64,000 nt of DNA from Candidatus Dojkabacteria bacterium. GTDB taxonomy: Bacteria; Patescibacteriota; Dojkabacteria; GCA-002793355. The stretch lies in NCBI GenBank assembly GCA_030583825.1, contig CP129477.1, positions 74,259 to 138,258 on the forward strand, read 5' to 3'. Positions 9,394 to 18,379 of this stretch are shown here, one piece after another. The notes beneath the pieces were generated by a model. That model had not been told where the DNA came from, did no database searches, and worked only from the letters and a program-made list of their open reading frames with translations. Every line of letters starts with the position of its first letter. Position 1 is the stretch's first letter. Made by a program: the position numbers and the translations under genes.

Positions 9394-10253
9394 GATTCAT
9401 TCAATTGATTAAATAAAATAGGCATGGTGAGGAACGATTCAATTTCGGTTGAGGTTATGCTTTTGATGTTTTCGCACCTACCGACACTCATCCAAAGTAA
9501 ATTCTTTGATTTCTCAAGTAGTCCTCTTGCATCAATGGCTGATTGGGGATCTGTTTCGGGTTCAATCTGTAGATTATCCAATCGTTGTTTGGTTCTTTCT
9601 GAAAGAAAAAGAATTTTTGGGTATTGATTGAATCGTTTCTGCCAATCACCATAAACAAAGTATTCAAAGTAGCGTAAGAATTTTCTTGATAACTGCTCAA
9701 TATCCATACTTCCAGTATCGTATTCAAGAAAGTAATTAAATACTTTGTTATCAACCGTAAACTCAAAATATGAATCAGGTGATAAAACTCGTTTTATCGT
9801 TCGTCCAGATTTATCTGATCTGAATTCATATTGAAGTACCATTCGTTGATCACCAATCCAGTCATTCAATTGAATATGAGGAAAGGATTTAAGCCCAATC
9901 ACAAATTGCTCATAAATTTCACCGATTTTGACTGAGTGTTCCAACATTGCAAACTGCACTTTCTGCCCTTGATTGGGAATTGAAATATTTTCAAGTTCAA
10001 CACCTCTAACATCTGCAAGCAATTCACCACCTTTTTTAGTAAGATAAACAACTTTCCAATTATTACCATAGTAAAAAGATTTCAATAATCCTTTACTCTC
10101 CAAACCAATAATAGCTTTCTCCAATGACTGCCTATGAGAATATAATCCCTTTTGTTTTGCTATTGTTCTTAATACTTTGATTGGTAAGTACCTGAATGAT
10201 TCAATAATATCCAGTAACCCTATTTGATTGTATGTAATTCTAATTTTATTCAT
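9363..10253 (-). CDS. Replication-relaxation-like wHTH protein, candidate relaxase or relaxosome accessory protein of the element.
   Basis: The N-terminal region (LPIKVLRTIAKQKGLYSHRQSLEKAIIGLESKGLL) looks like a winged helix. The overall pattern recalls the Replic_Relax family. It lies next to the structured candidate oriT and the coupling-protein gene. Confidence 0.35.
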   Translation of the reverse strand: MNKIRITYNQIGLLDIIESFRYLPIKVLRTIAKQKGLYSHRQSLEKAIIGLESKGLLKSFYYGNNWKVVYLTKKGGELLADVRGVELENISIPNQGQKVQFAMLEHSVKIGEIYEQFVIGLKSFPHIQLNDWIGDQRMVLQYEFRSDKSGRTIKRVLSPDSYFEFTVDNKVFNYFLEYDTGSMDIEQLSRKFLRYFEYFVYGDWQKRFNQYPKILFLSERTKQRLDNLQIEPETDPQSAIDARGLLEKSKNLLWMSVGRCENIKSITSTEIESFLTMPILFNQLNESWVKDLLNQY

Positions 10254-10265
10254 AAATTTATCCCT

Positions 10266-10401
10266 GTTCCGACCGCTGTATTTTCACACTCTGTGTAGGT
10301 CAAACATACACATGTTGACCGTAGTCGAGGGAGTGATTGGGTGGAGTCCGAAGGAGTCCACCCAATCACTCAACACCGAGACTGAAATAGGCGGTCGGAA
10401 C
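10266..10401. promoter_or_regulatory. Nested inverted-repeat element (~135 bp), candidate oriT/nic region or structured RNA.
   Basis: An outer perfect 11-bp inverted repeat GTTCCGACCGC (10266-10276) pairs with GCGGTCGGAAC (10391-10401). An inner perfect 14-bp stem GAGTGATTGGGTGG (10331-10344) pairs with CCACCCAATCACTC (10358-10371). A third hairpin GGTCAA...TTGACC sits at 10298-10320. Confidence 0.4.
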
Positions 10402-10472
10402 ACATTATTATTAATTTATGTAAGTAAAAGAGCGTAGTTGCTTCTGATTTCCAAGCTGAAACAGGTGTGCAA

Positions 10473-13067
10473 CTACGCAAACTTGCATCCGTCAACGATC
10501 CAAGTCCTTCTGTTTTTGATTTCCTGTTCGATTTCTGACTTATGTTTTCCATATTTCTGATATGAGTTATCAATAAAATTATTTACGTACTCCTTGCTAA
10601 AAGATGTTTCTCTCTCCTGTGGGATATAGATTGAGAAAACATCTTCACCTGCCTTAACATTCGCATTGAATTCAGGTACTTCCATAACCTCCTGTTCAAG
10701 CACTTTGCCCTGTAACTCCTTAGAAATGATTTCTGAGTCTTCTAAGCCGCATCTGTAGTAGACTTTGTTCTTTACATTTCCAATTACTGAATGAAATACA
10801 TCGTCAGGAAGTTGTTTAAAGAATTGATGAGCGAGGACTAATTCAAGCTTAAATTTTCTAGCCTCTGATAATGCTTGAGAAAAATCAGAACTTGCAAAGT
10901 TTTGAAACTCATCGGCATATACAACAAAAGGTCGTCTATCTTCCTGATTAACCTTCTTTGCCTCAAACCATACTTTGGACATCAAAAGTGAACCGAGTAA
11001 GCTCATCCCTTCTTCACCGATATTCTTTGATGAGAGATTCACAAGTAGTACCTTCGATTGTCTGATAATGTTTGAAATGCTGATTGCATTTCGTGACTGC
11101 CCGAAAGTGTACATCAGAATTCCTGTGAGTATTTGAGACAGTTTATTATCAAAACCTTGCCGTATTTCTTGCCAATTCTGAGAGGTTTTATAGTTGGGCA
11201 ATGTATCTTGCCAAAAGGCTCTCAGTCCCTCGTATTTATTCAGATCAATAACTTTGAGTACACTTGATTCCATCTTGTCACTAAAAAATAGATTGCGTAC
11301 GTCAATCAAAGTAGGGGCATGTGAACTCATGAATTGAATTGCTTCTGGGGTTGAACCAAATGATTGAATCCAATCATTCTGAAATATCATCAATGTTTTC
11401 ATGGCATTGATTAACATTGGCTTTCCAGTCATTCCCATTCCGCTATCGGGGTTACTTCGTTTGACAACTTTCTCAATCAGTTTGAAGTTTGAATCAACGA
11501 TTAAATCAATTTCTCTTTCGGAGAGTCCTATTGCGTATAAAGGATTGAATCCAAAATAATAATCTTCACTCCTTGTATCCCAAGCGATTATTCTTTTTGA
11601 TTGCTCAAAGTTGTTTGGTAATCTTTGCAGAATATCAAAGAAAAAATCTTCATGCGGATCCATTAGCATCAAGCCTCGTTTATTCCCTCGATTCACCAAG
11701 TTATCAATATCCTGCAAGATAAATCGCTTTAGAATTGTCGATTTACCTGTGCCTGTTTGCCCTGTAACAACGATATGTCGTTTCCTATTCTCATAAGGCA
11801 GGTGAACCTTATAGCTTTTCTCTCTGGAAAAATTTATTCCAAGTTCTAAGTCATCAATATTCTGTTTACTTCGATAGACCTTTTTAGAGGCGATATCAGG
11901 TGTTATGAAATGATCAATTTGTGGGTCATTAATTCTATTCGGTAAGTGATAAAGCATAGAGATTTCCCTTGATGACAATCTGCCCTGTGAGGTAAAGATC
12001 TCTCTATAGAAAGGAAAGAATCTATCTTCTGGATAAATAAATCTGGAGAATACATCGTTTAGTTTATTTACTCGTTTGCGAATGAGTCGATTTTGAGTTT
12101 CGCTTTTCATTGATTCAAGTGCCTGTTCAATTGCGTTAAGTCTCGCTTCTGAATTATCTCCCTGAGCTACAACTCGGATATACGATGTAAATGAAGTTTT
12201 ATATTTCTCATCCATCCTGCTGTAAAAGTTCTGTAATTCATCTTTATCTACGAAAAACTTTCTCGGATCACTATCAGGTAAAACTGCTAGTGGATCAACT
12301 GAATTTGTTTGATTTGAAAATGATTTACTGAGAGCTGACACTAATTTCAAAAAAGCTAATGGTAGTAAAGGTATTGCGTAGATTAGATAACTCTCAAAAC
12401 GGTTAAGAAACAGGCTTAACCATGTAATTTCATTTCTTAATAGGCGAAAGTTCTGCTTTGCCATATTCAAAGCCTCCTTGTCAATCTGGGAGGGCTTTAA
12501 AACGATTTGAAATAGTGCTTGAGAGTCTTTCACTTGCCCTGACAAAGCAGTCAGTAGATCATTAATCGGATCCATGCTTTCAAAATCTCTTACATCCATA
12601 AGCATATAAACATCATGCTTGAGACTCTTATATTCATGTATTTCAGCTAACTCTGTGCGAAATGATTTAACAGGATCGCTATCAAGGGTTTTAATCTTTA
12701 CTCTGTCTTTGTAAGTGCTGTAAAGGTTTAGTTTCACCAAGTCCTGCATCTGTTTTGTAGGAGTCCATACCAGAAACCTGATTCCATCATGATCTGAAAA
12801 TATCTCAAACGATATTCTGGAATACTTTACAGAGGCGGTAAGATTATCAATAAATCTTTGCAGAGAGAATCTTTCGCCTTGTTTGTTTTTCAGTTCATCA
12901 AGTTGATATTTGGGAGGGATTATCTGCATAGTGAAGCCTTCTTCACTTTGAGCTTTTCTTTTCTCAATGAACAAAACAATGAAATATTTAATCGCCCAAA
13001 GTATCGAAATACTCATTGAGATAATTATCGCTAGTTGTACAAATTGATTGTTTAGTAATTGATTCAT
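10473..13067 (-). CDS. Type IV coupling protein-like ATPase (VirD4/TraG/TraD family) with a long N-terminal extension.
   Basis: N-terminal TM segment. Walker A is VVTGQTGTGKST, followed by LMLMDPHEDFF. Walker B-like is VVYADEFQNF. The T4CP-like RKFKLELVLAHQFFKQL motif is present. Walker A sits unusually far in, at about residue 430. Confidence 0.55.
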   Translation of the reverse strand: MNQLLNNQFVQLAIIISMSISILWAIKYFIVLFIEKRKAQSEEGFTMQIIPPKYQLDELKNKQGERFSLQRFIDNLTASVKYSRISFEIFSDHDGIRFLVWTPTKQMQDLVKLNLYSTYKDRVKIKTLDSDPVKSFRTELAEIHEYKSLKHDVYMLMDVRDFESMDPINDLLTALSGQVKDSQALFQIVLKPSQIDKEALNMAKQNFRLLRNEITWLSLFLNRFESYLIYAIPLLPLAFLKLVSALSKSFSNQTNSVDPLAVLPDSDPRKFFVDKDELQNFYSRMDEKYKTSFTSYIRVVAQGDNSEARLNAIEQALESMKSETQNRLIRKRVNKLNDVFSRFIYPEDRFFPFYREIFTSQGRLSSREISMLYHLPNRINDPQIDHFITPDIASKKVYRSKQNIDDLELGINFSREKSYKVHLPYENRKRHIVVTGQTGTGKSTILKRFILQDIDNLVNRGNKRGLMLMDPHEDFFFDILQRLPNNFEQSKRIIAWDTRSEDYYFGFNPLYAIGLSEREIDLIVDSNFKLIEKVVKRSNPDSGMGMTGKPMLINAMKTLMIFQNDWIQSFGSTPEAIQFMSSHAPTLIDVRNLFFSDKMESSVLKVIDLNKYEGLRAFWQDTLPNYKTSQNWQEIRQGFDNKLSQILTGILMYTFGQSRNAISISNIIRQSKVLLVNLSSKNIGEEGMSLLGSLLMSKVWFEAKKVNQEDRRPFVVYADEFQNFASSDFSQALSEARKFKLELVLAHQFFKQLPDDVFHSVIGNVKNKVYYRCGLEDSEIISKELQGKVLEQEVMEVPEFNANVKAGEDVFSIYIPQERETSFSKEYVNNFIDNSYQKYGKHKSEIEQEIKNRRTWIVDGCKFA

Positions 13068-13927
13068 ATTTTTGTTTTATTCATAAATGATTCTTTAAAT
13101 TGAGATAACATCTCATTCACTTTTGCTTTCTGATCATTTTCCTGTCTTTTCCCAATAAGCTTATTGAGTACTGAGACAAACCAACCTGCTGGATTTTTGA
13201 GGAAATCTGTACCATCAACTTGATCCGTTCTGATGACCCGTCTGGTATCTTCAAGAGCAGATTGGATATCCTCATCTGAGATTTCTCCACGATTACGTTT
13301 ATTGATGATTCCCTGATAGAACTTAATGCTTTTTAGATCATTGAATTCTTCTGCTAAAGCGATAGCTTCTGAGTCAAAAGAATGAAGATTAATTTCTCCG
13401 TTGTCGTTGTCTAGTCCTGAGCTTGTCGAAGGGCTTAACGTTAACGGCTTCTTATATTCTTTCTTTTTATATTCAACTTCTTCTATTTTATGCACACTCC
13501 CTTGTGCATCTGGTTGCACACAGGACTGGGCATCTTGATGCACACGCTCTTGTGCATCACTCGTTTGATCAATTAAAAAATCTAATGACAAAATGTAGTA
13601 AATATTGGTTTGTTTAAATCCTCTACGATCCCATTTAATAAGCCCAAAATCTCGAAGTTCTAGTAGATATTTCTGAATAGTGTTTCTATGTACTCCAAGA
13701 TCTTTTCCAAGTCGATTTTGACCTGGAAAACAACTTCCTTTTTGCCAAGCATAATCTAGTAGTAAGGCATACAATGTCTTTGCTTGCATACTAAGATTAC
13801 TTGCTCTTAATACAGTTCTAGGGATCTGAGAAAATCCCTGTTTAAGTGTTGTATCAAGTATTTCAATTGTTTCTTTATTCGTTTCCGTCATAATAATTTG
13901 TTGGAAATAAAAAGGGTGTTGGATCAA
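13064..13927 (-). CDS. HTH_36-type helix-turn-helix protein, replication-initiator/primosomal-like.
   Basis: IPRTVLRASNLSMQAKTLYALLLDYAWQKGSCFPGQNRLGKDLGVHRNTIQKYLLELRDFGLI is the HTH_36 pattern seen in plasmid/phage replication initiators. It contains internal 20-bp palindromic repeats. Confidence 0.5.
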   Translation of the reverse strand: MIQHPFYFQQIIMTETNKETIEILDTTLKQGFSQIPRTVLRASNLSMQAKTLYALLLDYAWQKGSCFPGQNRLGKDLGVHRNTIQKYLLELRDFGLIKWDRRGFKQTNIYYILSLDFLIDQTSDAQERVHQDAQSCVQPDAQGSVHKIEEVEYKKKEYKKPLTLSPSTSSGLDNDNGEINLHSFDSEAIALAEEFNDLKSIKFYQGIINKRNRGEISDEDIQSALEDTRRVIRTDQVDGTDFLKNPAGWFVSVLNKLIGKRQENDQKAKVNEMLSQFKESFMNKTKI

Positions 13928-14942
13928 TTAGATTCCAACCTCCCTGACTATTCTTTTCGTACATTCCAATATGTGTATGAACACCTGTAGAGAAACCTGT
14001 ATTACCCATAAAACAGATTGGATCTCCATACTTAACTGTTGAACCATCTTGAGCTATAAAGGCATCACAATGACAGTACAGGACTCTGTAATAATCGTTT
14101 GTGATATATGAACACAAAGCACCGTAACCATCTTTGAAATTTGAAACTTTTCCAGTAAGAATTGCTCTATTAATTGAATCAGTTGAACCTTTACCGGGAT
14201 TTTCCTGATACCATTTTGAAGAAGGAACAATATCAACTCCTTTATGCACGTTTTTAACTCCATCAATAACTCGAACTACATTAAATCCAGAAGTAACTGT
14301 AACTAAATCAGTTCTATTTAAGCCAATTGGATTTCCGTAAGGGATGTACATGAGTCCCACATACATTTGATACTGCTCATAGACTTCTTCTTTCTTCGGA
14401 TACGAATATTGGTTGATCTTCTTTTCAGCATCACCATCATATGCTGAAAGAATATTTGAAAGGGTAAAATAGTTATCACACAAGTCTTCGTGTGTAACTT
14501 CATTATTGTTATTTCCATCAGATCCGTAGTTATCCCAATCGGATTGAGGTATTTCTAAAAAGCCAACACCGTTTCCAGTATGCTTCTCATCAAAATCTGC
14601 AATAACTTTTCCGTATGAAGCAATAAGTTCAAACTCTTGTGAGTATTTACGACTTGCTTTATCAATACATTCTCTATGCTCTTGAGGTATCTCTTCTATT
14701 AAGCCTCTTGTACCAGCAAGTACCTGATAAGCAATTGCCTCAAGTGCAAAGATAACGAAAAAGAAGATGACTACATTGGCAAGCAGTATTTTCCACTTAT
14801 TTTTCCAGATAATATTTACAAGTATTGGACCAATTACTGGTGCGACTTTATTTGAAGCTAGTCCAATAACATCACCGACAAGACTATCTCCTATTTCTAC
14901 TGCGTTTTTTGTTGCTTGAAGTGGTTTATTTTCTTCCATCAT
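13875..14942 (-). CDS. M23-family metallopeptidase, a peptidoglycan hydrolase that would serve as the VirB1-type functional analogue of the T4SS.
   Basis: N-terminal TM helices. HKGVD (HxxxD) and GNTGFSTGVHTHIGMY (HxH) are the LytM/M23 zinc motifs. Confidence 0.7.
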   Translation of the reverse strand: MMEENKPLQATKNAVEIGDSLVGDVIGLASNKVAPVIGPILVNIIWKNKWKILLANVVIFFFVIFALEAIAYQVLAGTRGLIEEIPQEHRECIDKASRKYSQEFELIASYGKVIADFDEKHTGNGVGFLEIPQSDWDNYGSDGNNNNEVTHEDLCDNYFTLSNILSAYDGDAEKKINQYSYPKKEEVYEQYQMYVGLMYIPYGNPIGLNRTDLVTVTSGFNVVRVIDGVKNVHKGVDIVPSSKWYQENPGKGSTDSINRAILTGKVSNFKDGYGALCSYITNDYYRVLYCHCDAFIAQDGSTVKYGDPICFMGNTGFSTGVHTHIGMYEKNSQGGWNLIDPTPFLFPTNYYDGNE

Positions 14943-15808
14943 TTCACAATAATTGAAAAATTAGATGTAACAGTTAAGCCATCTTTTGAAATACGGACAA
15001 CTCCGCTTATTGATCCTGAGTTTCCATCTGGTACTGTAAAGTTAACTTTGGTTGCCCCACTTGATGAGGATGGGAAGTTGTAAGAAGCTTGTCCGCTTTG
15101 CCAATTCATGGTTGCATTTCCTGTAGCTCCATTTACTGGATTGTTGTTTTGTTCTTTAACTGAGCAATCCAAACTTACACTTTGCCCAACAAGTGGTTGA
15201 GTATTAGTTATCGAACAACTAAGTTTTAATCCAGTTATTGGATTAGGCTCTGGTTGTATAGGTTCTGTTGGTGTAACAGGCTTTGGAGTTTCTGGCTTTG
15301 GTTCAACTTTGGGTATTTCTGTTTTTGGTTGCTCTTGTTTGTCATCTTGTTTAGTCTCTTCTTTTTTCTCTTCCTCTCGAATTATTGAAAATGCAAGTGA
15401 CTTACTAGCATCATTTGAATTTTGCACCTCAATTAAAACCTCATTTGTACCAATAATAAGATCTATTTGTAATTCAAAAATACCTTCTTCATTTACAGTA
15501 ATTTCTTGTCCGTTGATCCATGCTTTATTCTGGTTTTCTGTTTTTGCAACAACTGTGATCGAGGATTCTTTGGTTTTGTAACCATCTTTTAATGAAACAA
15601 GTTCAATTGTAGGTTCTACTTCATCAGAATCATTCGTACCCTCTGATATTTGTGTTTCTACTGCATTAATTACTGAATTGAATCCGCCTTTAAGGTAAAT
15701 TTCTGCAGACAGAGAAATAGCAAACAATACAAGCAGAATGCTTGTTAGAAAAATGTATCCATGTTTTAGGTTTATTTCTTTATTGTCCATTTTTTCTTTG
15801 TTCATCAA
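14939..15808 (-). CDS. Membrane-anchored surface protein with a Pro/Thr-rich linker and a beta-rich C-terminal domain, T4SS-associated.
   Basis: N-terminal TM. The linker is KTEIPKVEPKPETPKPVTPTEPIQPEPNPITG. It sits in the T4SS operon between the M23 peptidase and VirB4. Confidence 0.4.
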   Translation of the reverse strand: MMNKEKMDNKEINLKHGYIFLTSILLVLFAISLSAEIYLKGGFNSVINAVETQISEGTNDSDEVEPTIELVSLKDGYKTKESSITVVAKTENQNKAWINGQEITVNEEGIFELQIDLIIGTNEVLIEVQNSNDASKSLAFSIIREEEKKEETKQDDKQEQPKTEIPKVEPKPETPKPVTPTEPIQPEPNPITGLKLSCSITNTQPLVGQSVSLDCSVKEQNNNPVNGATGNATMNWQSGQASYNFPSSSSGATKVNFTVPDGNSGSISGVVRISKDGLTVTSNFSIIVK

Positions 15809-17624
15809 TTTTTGCTAAATCTTCTGCATTTGAAGAAAATAATTTCCTCTCATGTGGAGTCGCATACACAAACATATGAGAATGAGTATTTCCTTTGATA
15901 AATAAAGCCTGTCCTTTGGTTAGTCTTGTAATGTAGTCTCGCTCTACATCTGACAGATCAAAGGCTTTTACTAAGCTTGGTATTGATTGTTTCTTCTGAG
16001 CAAGTATTAATGCTGTATCTGCATTTTTTGCAATAACACTTCCTTGAGGACTTTTTAGAAAATCATCTACATCCTGAGAAATTGAAATGACTCCAAGATT
16101 ATATTTTCTACCTCGTCTGACAAGATTTTCCATAAAGTTTGCACTTGATTCATCCTTCAAAAGTAGATGAGCTTCATCAATAATTAAAACTTTACGATTT
16201 CTATTTGATAAAACTTTTTGCCAAATAAAGTTTGATAGGTAAAAAATCGAAGCTTGTTTCTCCTGATCTGGAACTTTCTGAATATTGAAAACTACCATTG
16301 GAGAGTTAAAATCAACATCATCTGTAGAAGGGTTATCGTAAAGATCGCCCATTTCCCCTTTATGAGAGTATTCCAATAGTTCAACTGCAATGCGTTTACC
16401 TTCTTCACCTTGCTTTTCAAATATTTTTATAAGATCTGAAATAGTAGGAGGTTTCTTTGAATAAGTACTTGGATCATCTAGTAAGATTCCTTTACTGGCA
16501 TATGTTTCATTTACTGCTTTGCTAACAATGCCCCTGTTGTAAGCATCCTCAGATAACCAAATTTTGAGAAGACCTTTAACAACTCCAAGATGAGTTCTCA
16601 TTACTTCTTTGGTATCAGTATCACTTGAAAAGAATTGAAGGGGATTTACCTTAGTTTTGCTTTCTGGATTGATATCAATGTTTGTACCACCGACATAATC
16701 ACAAAGAGTTTTGAATTCTCCTTCTGGGTCAATGACATAAACATTAATACCTCGAAATAAGCTCCTGTATGCCTCTAATTTGGCTGAAAAGCTTTTTCCT
16801 GCTCCCGATGTAGCAAAGATGATTCCATTGTAATTTTTTGACGCTTTTGAAAATCTATCAAAACGGATTTTCTCACCACCTAATGTGATTCCATAAAATA
16901 TTCCGTCTGGATCATTTAATGTTGCTGTAGTAAATGGCAAAGAGGAAGATACATTTGAACTTGTTAAGTAAAACTCTTCTCCAACTGCATTAGTTACATT
17001 TGGTAGGAATGTTTCAAGTCCTTGTTTCTGCTTATAAACTAGTTGGTGTAATTTGATCTGTTTTGCGTAAGATAAATCTTTGAGAGCTTTATCGCTTTTA
17101 ATAAGTTTTGAGGTGTTTTCCTGACTCAATTTCAAATACATCGACATTGAGTATAGTTTTTCAACACCCCTAACAATCGAATCCTCAATACTTCTAGCAT
17201 CCGCAATAGCCTGTTCGAGATCAATTGTGTGCATCTTCCCTTTGTCTGCCTTCTCGTAGAATTGAGCGGAAAGATTAGTTATTCTATTTCGAAGACCCGA
17301 TAAGGCTTTTTGAGAATCAAGAGGCTTTATAAACTGGCTAATAACAATAGGTTCTCCGTAATTAACAAGATCGTACAACCAGTTGGGATATATGACTTGT
17401 GGAAATTCAGAAATCATATAAGACTGAATATTTCTGTCGTCTATCTCAATTAATTTTCCTTTGTTTTGAAATTCAAACACAAGAGAGTCATCTGGGGAAA
17501 GTTTCGCTATTTCAGCTTTACGAATACTGTCTTTAATGTATTCTCTGCCTTTTGAATCAATTCTTTGATTAAAGTCATTAAGTGCATATTTAGATTGTTT
17601 AAAAAAATATTTAATAGGATTCAT
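15780..17624 (-). CDS. VirB4/TrbE/TraE-family conjugation ATPase.
   Basis: Walker A is FATSGAGKS. IDPEGEF, Walker B LIIDEAHLLL and the RKYNLGVISISQ motif are all VirB4 hallmarks. Confidence 0.8.
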   Translation of the reverse strand: MNPIKYFFKQSKYALNDFNQRIDSKGREYIKDSIRKAEIAKLSPDDSLVFEFQNKGKLIEIDDRNIQSYMISEFPQVIYPNWLYDLVNYGEPIVISQFIKPLDSQKALSGLRNRITNLSAQFYEKADKGKMHTIDLEQAIADARSIEDSIVRGVEKLYSMSMYLKLSQENTSKLIKSDKALKDLSYAKQIKLHQLVYKQKQGLETFLPNVTNAVGEEFYLTSSNVSSSLPFTTATLNDPDGIFYGITLGGEKIRFDRFSKASKNYNGIIFATSGAGKSFSAKLEAYRSLFRGINVYVIDPEGEFKTLCDYVGGTNIDINPESKTKVNPLQFFSSDTDTKEVMRTHLGVVKGLLKIWLSEDAYNRGIVSKAVNETYASKGILLDDPSTYSKKPPTISDLIKIFEKQGEEGKRIAVELLEYSHKGEMGDLYDNPSTDDVDFNSPMVVFNIQKVPDQEKQASIFYLSNFIWQKVLSNRNRKVLIIDEAHLLLKDESSANFMENLVRRGRKYNLGVISISQDVDDFLKSPQGSVIAKNADTALILAQKKQSIPSLVKAFDLSDVERDYITRLTKGQALFIKGNTHSHMFVYATPHERKLFSSNAEDLAKIDEQRKNGQ

Positions 17625-18379
17625 ATTTCACTTATTGTTAATTTTGATAAATCTAAAATCTCTTGTGTATTTAATGGAATCAGCCTGATTTTAGTTTGTT
17701 CTAGCAGTCTTCCGAATGAGTTCTCCTGATCATCAAGCTTCTGTTTCGCATCGTCTAAACCCTTTGCAAAAGTAGTTAAGACAATATAAAAGCTTCTCTC
17801 CATTGTTAGCGTTAAGTCTTGGTATTCAAGTAGATACTCTCTGCATCGTTCTTGTAACAATCCGTTTAAATTGCGATACCGTAGTACTTCTGTATCAAGG
17901 CTTTTATCTTTCGTTGAAAACTTCTGAATGGTTAAAATTTGAACAGGATTTTTTAGAGCAAAAAGAGCCTGTTGTAGATATTTCTTAAAAGCAAAGATTT
18001 CTTCCTCACTACTCATTGAAAGGTTGATCGGTTCAATTCTAAATACCCTTGAGTACTGAACATCTGAACCTATTACTATTCCTTCTGAAATGTCTTTGCC
18101 AATAACAATCCTTTGTCTTTTAGTAGTAAAAAGAAAATTAAAGGCGTCTATAATGAAAATGTGGAGAGGTCTCCCATATGCATCAAAGAGAAAAGGAATT
18201 AGCAGAAGCCCAATGAACATCTCACCAAGTATTTTTTGATCTACAGTATTAAGAATATTTGTCGTCCAGACAAAAAAGGACAACCCAAGTCCGATTAGTA
18301 AAAGTAAATTTCTTCTGTTTAATACAATTGAGAAGAAACCTGTTTCTCTATTTAGTTTTGGCGGTACTATTTCCTGCAT
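17621..18379 (-). CDS. T4SS-associated membrane protein, possibly a VirB3/VirB8-position protein.
   Basis: Two or three hydrophobic helices near the N-terminus. It lies between the VirB6-like and VirB4 genes and is translationally coupled to them. Confidence 0.35.
   Translation of the reverse strand: MQEIVPPKLNRETGFFSIVLNRRNLLLLIGLGLSFFVWTTNILNTVDQKILGEMFIGLLLIPFLFDAYGRPLHIFIIDAFNFLFTTKRQRIVIGKDISEGIVIGSDVQYSRVFRIEPINLSMSSEEEIFAFKKYLQQALFALKNPVQILTIQKFSTKDKSLDTEVLRYRNLNGLLQERCREYLLEYQDLTLTMERSFYIVLTTFAKGLDDAKQKLDDQENSFGRLLEQTKIRLIPLNTQEILDLSKLTISEI

Noticed and set aside
10473-13067. The 864-aa ATPase as a second VirB4
   Set aside because: Walker A at about residue 430 mimics VirB4 topology. 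However, the IDPxGE, IDEAW and RK...TQ VirB4 signatures are present only in the 614-aa protein, whereas this protein has T4CP-like ADEF and AHQ..QL motifs. I kept it as coupling-protein-like with reduced confidence.
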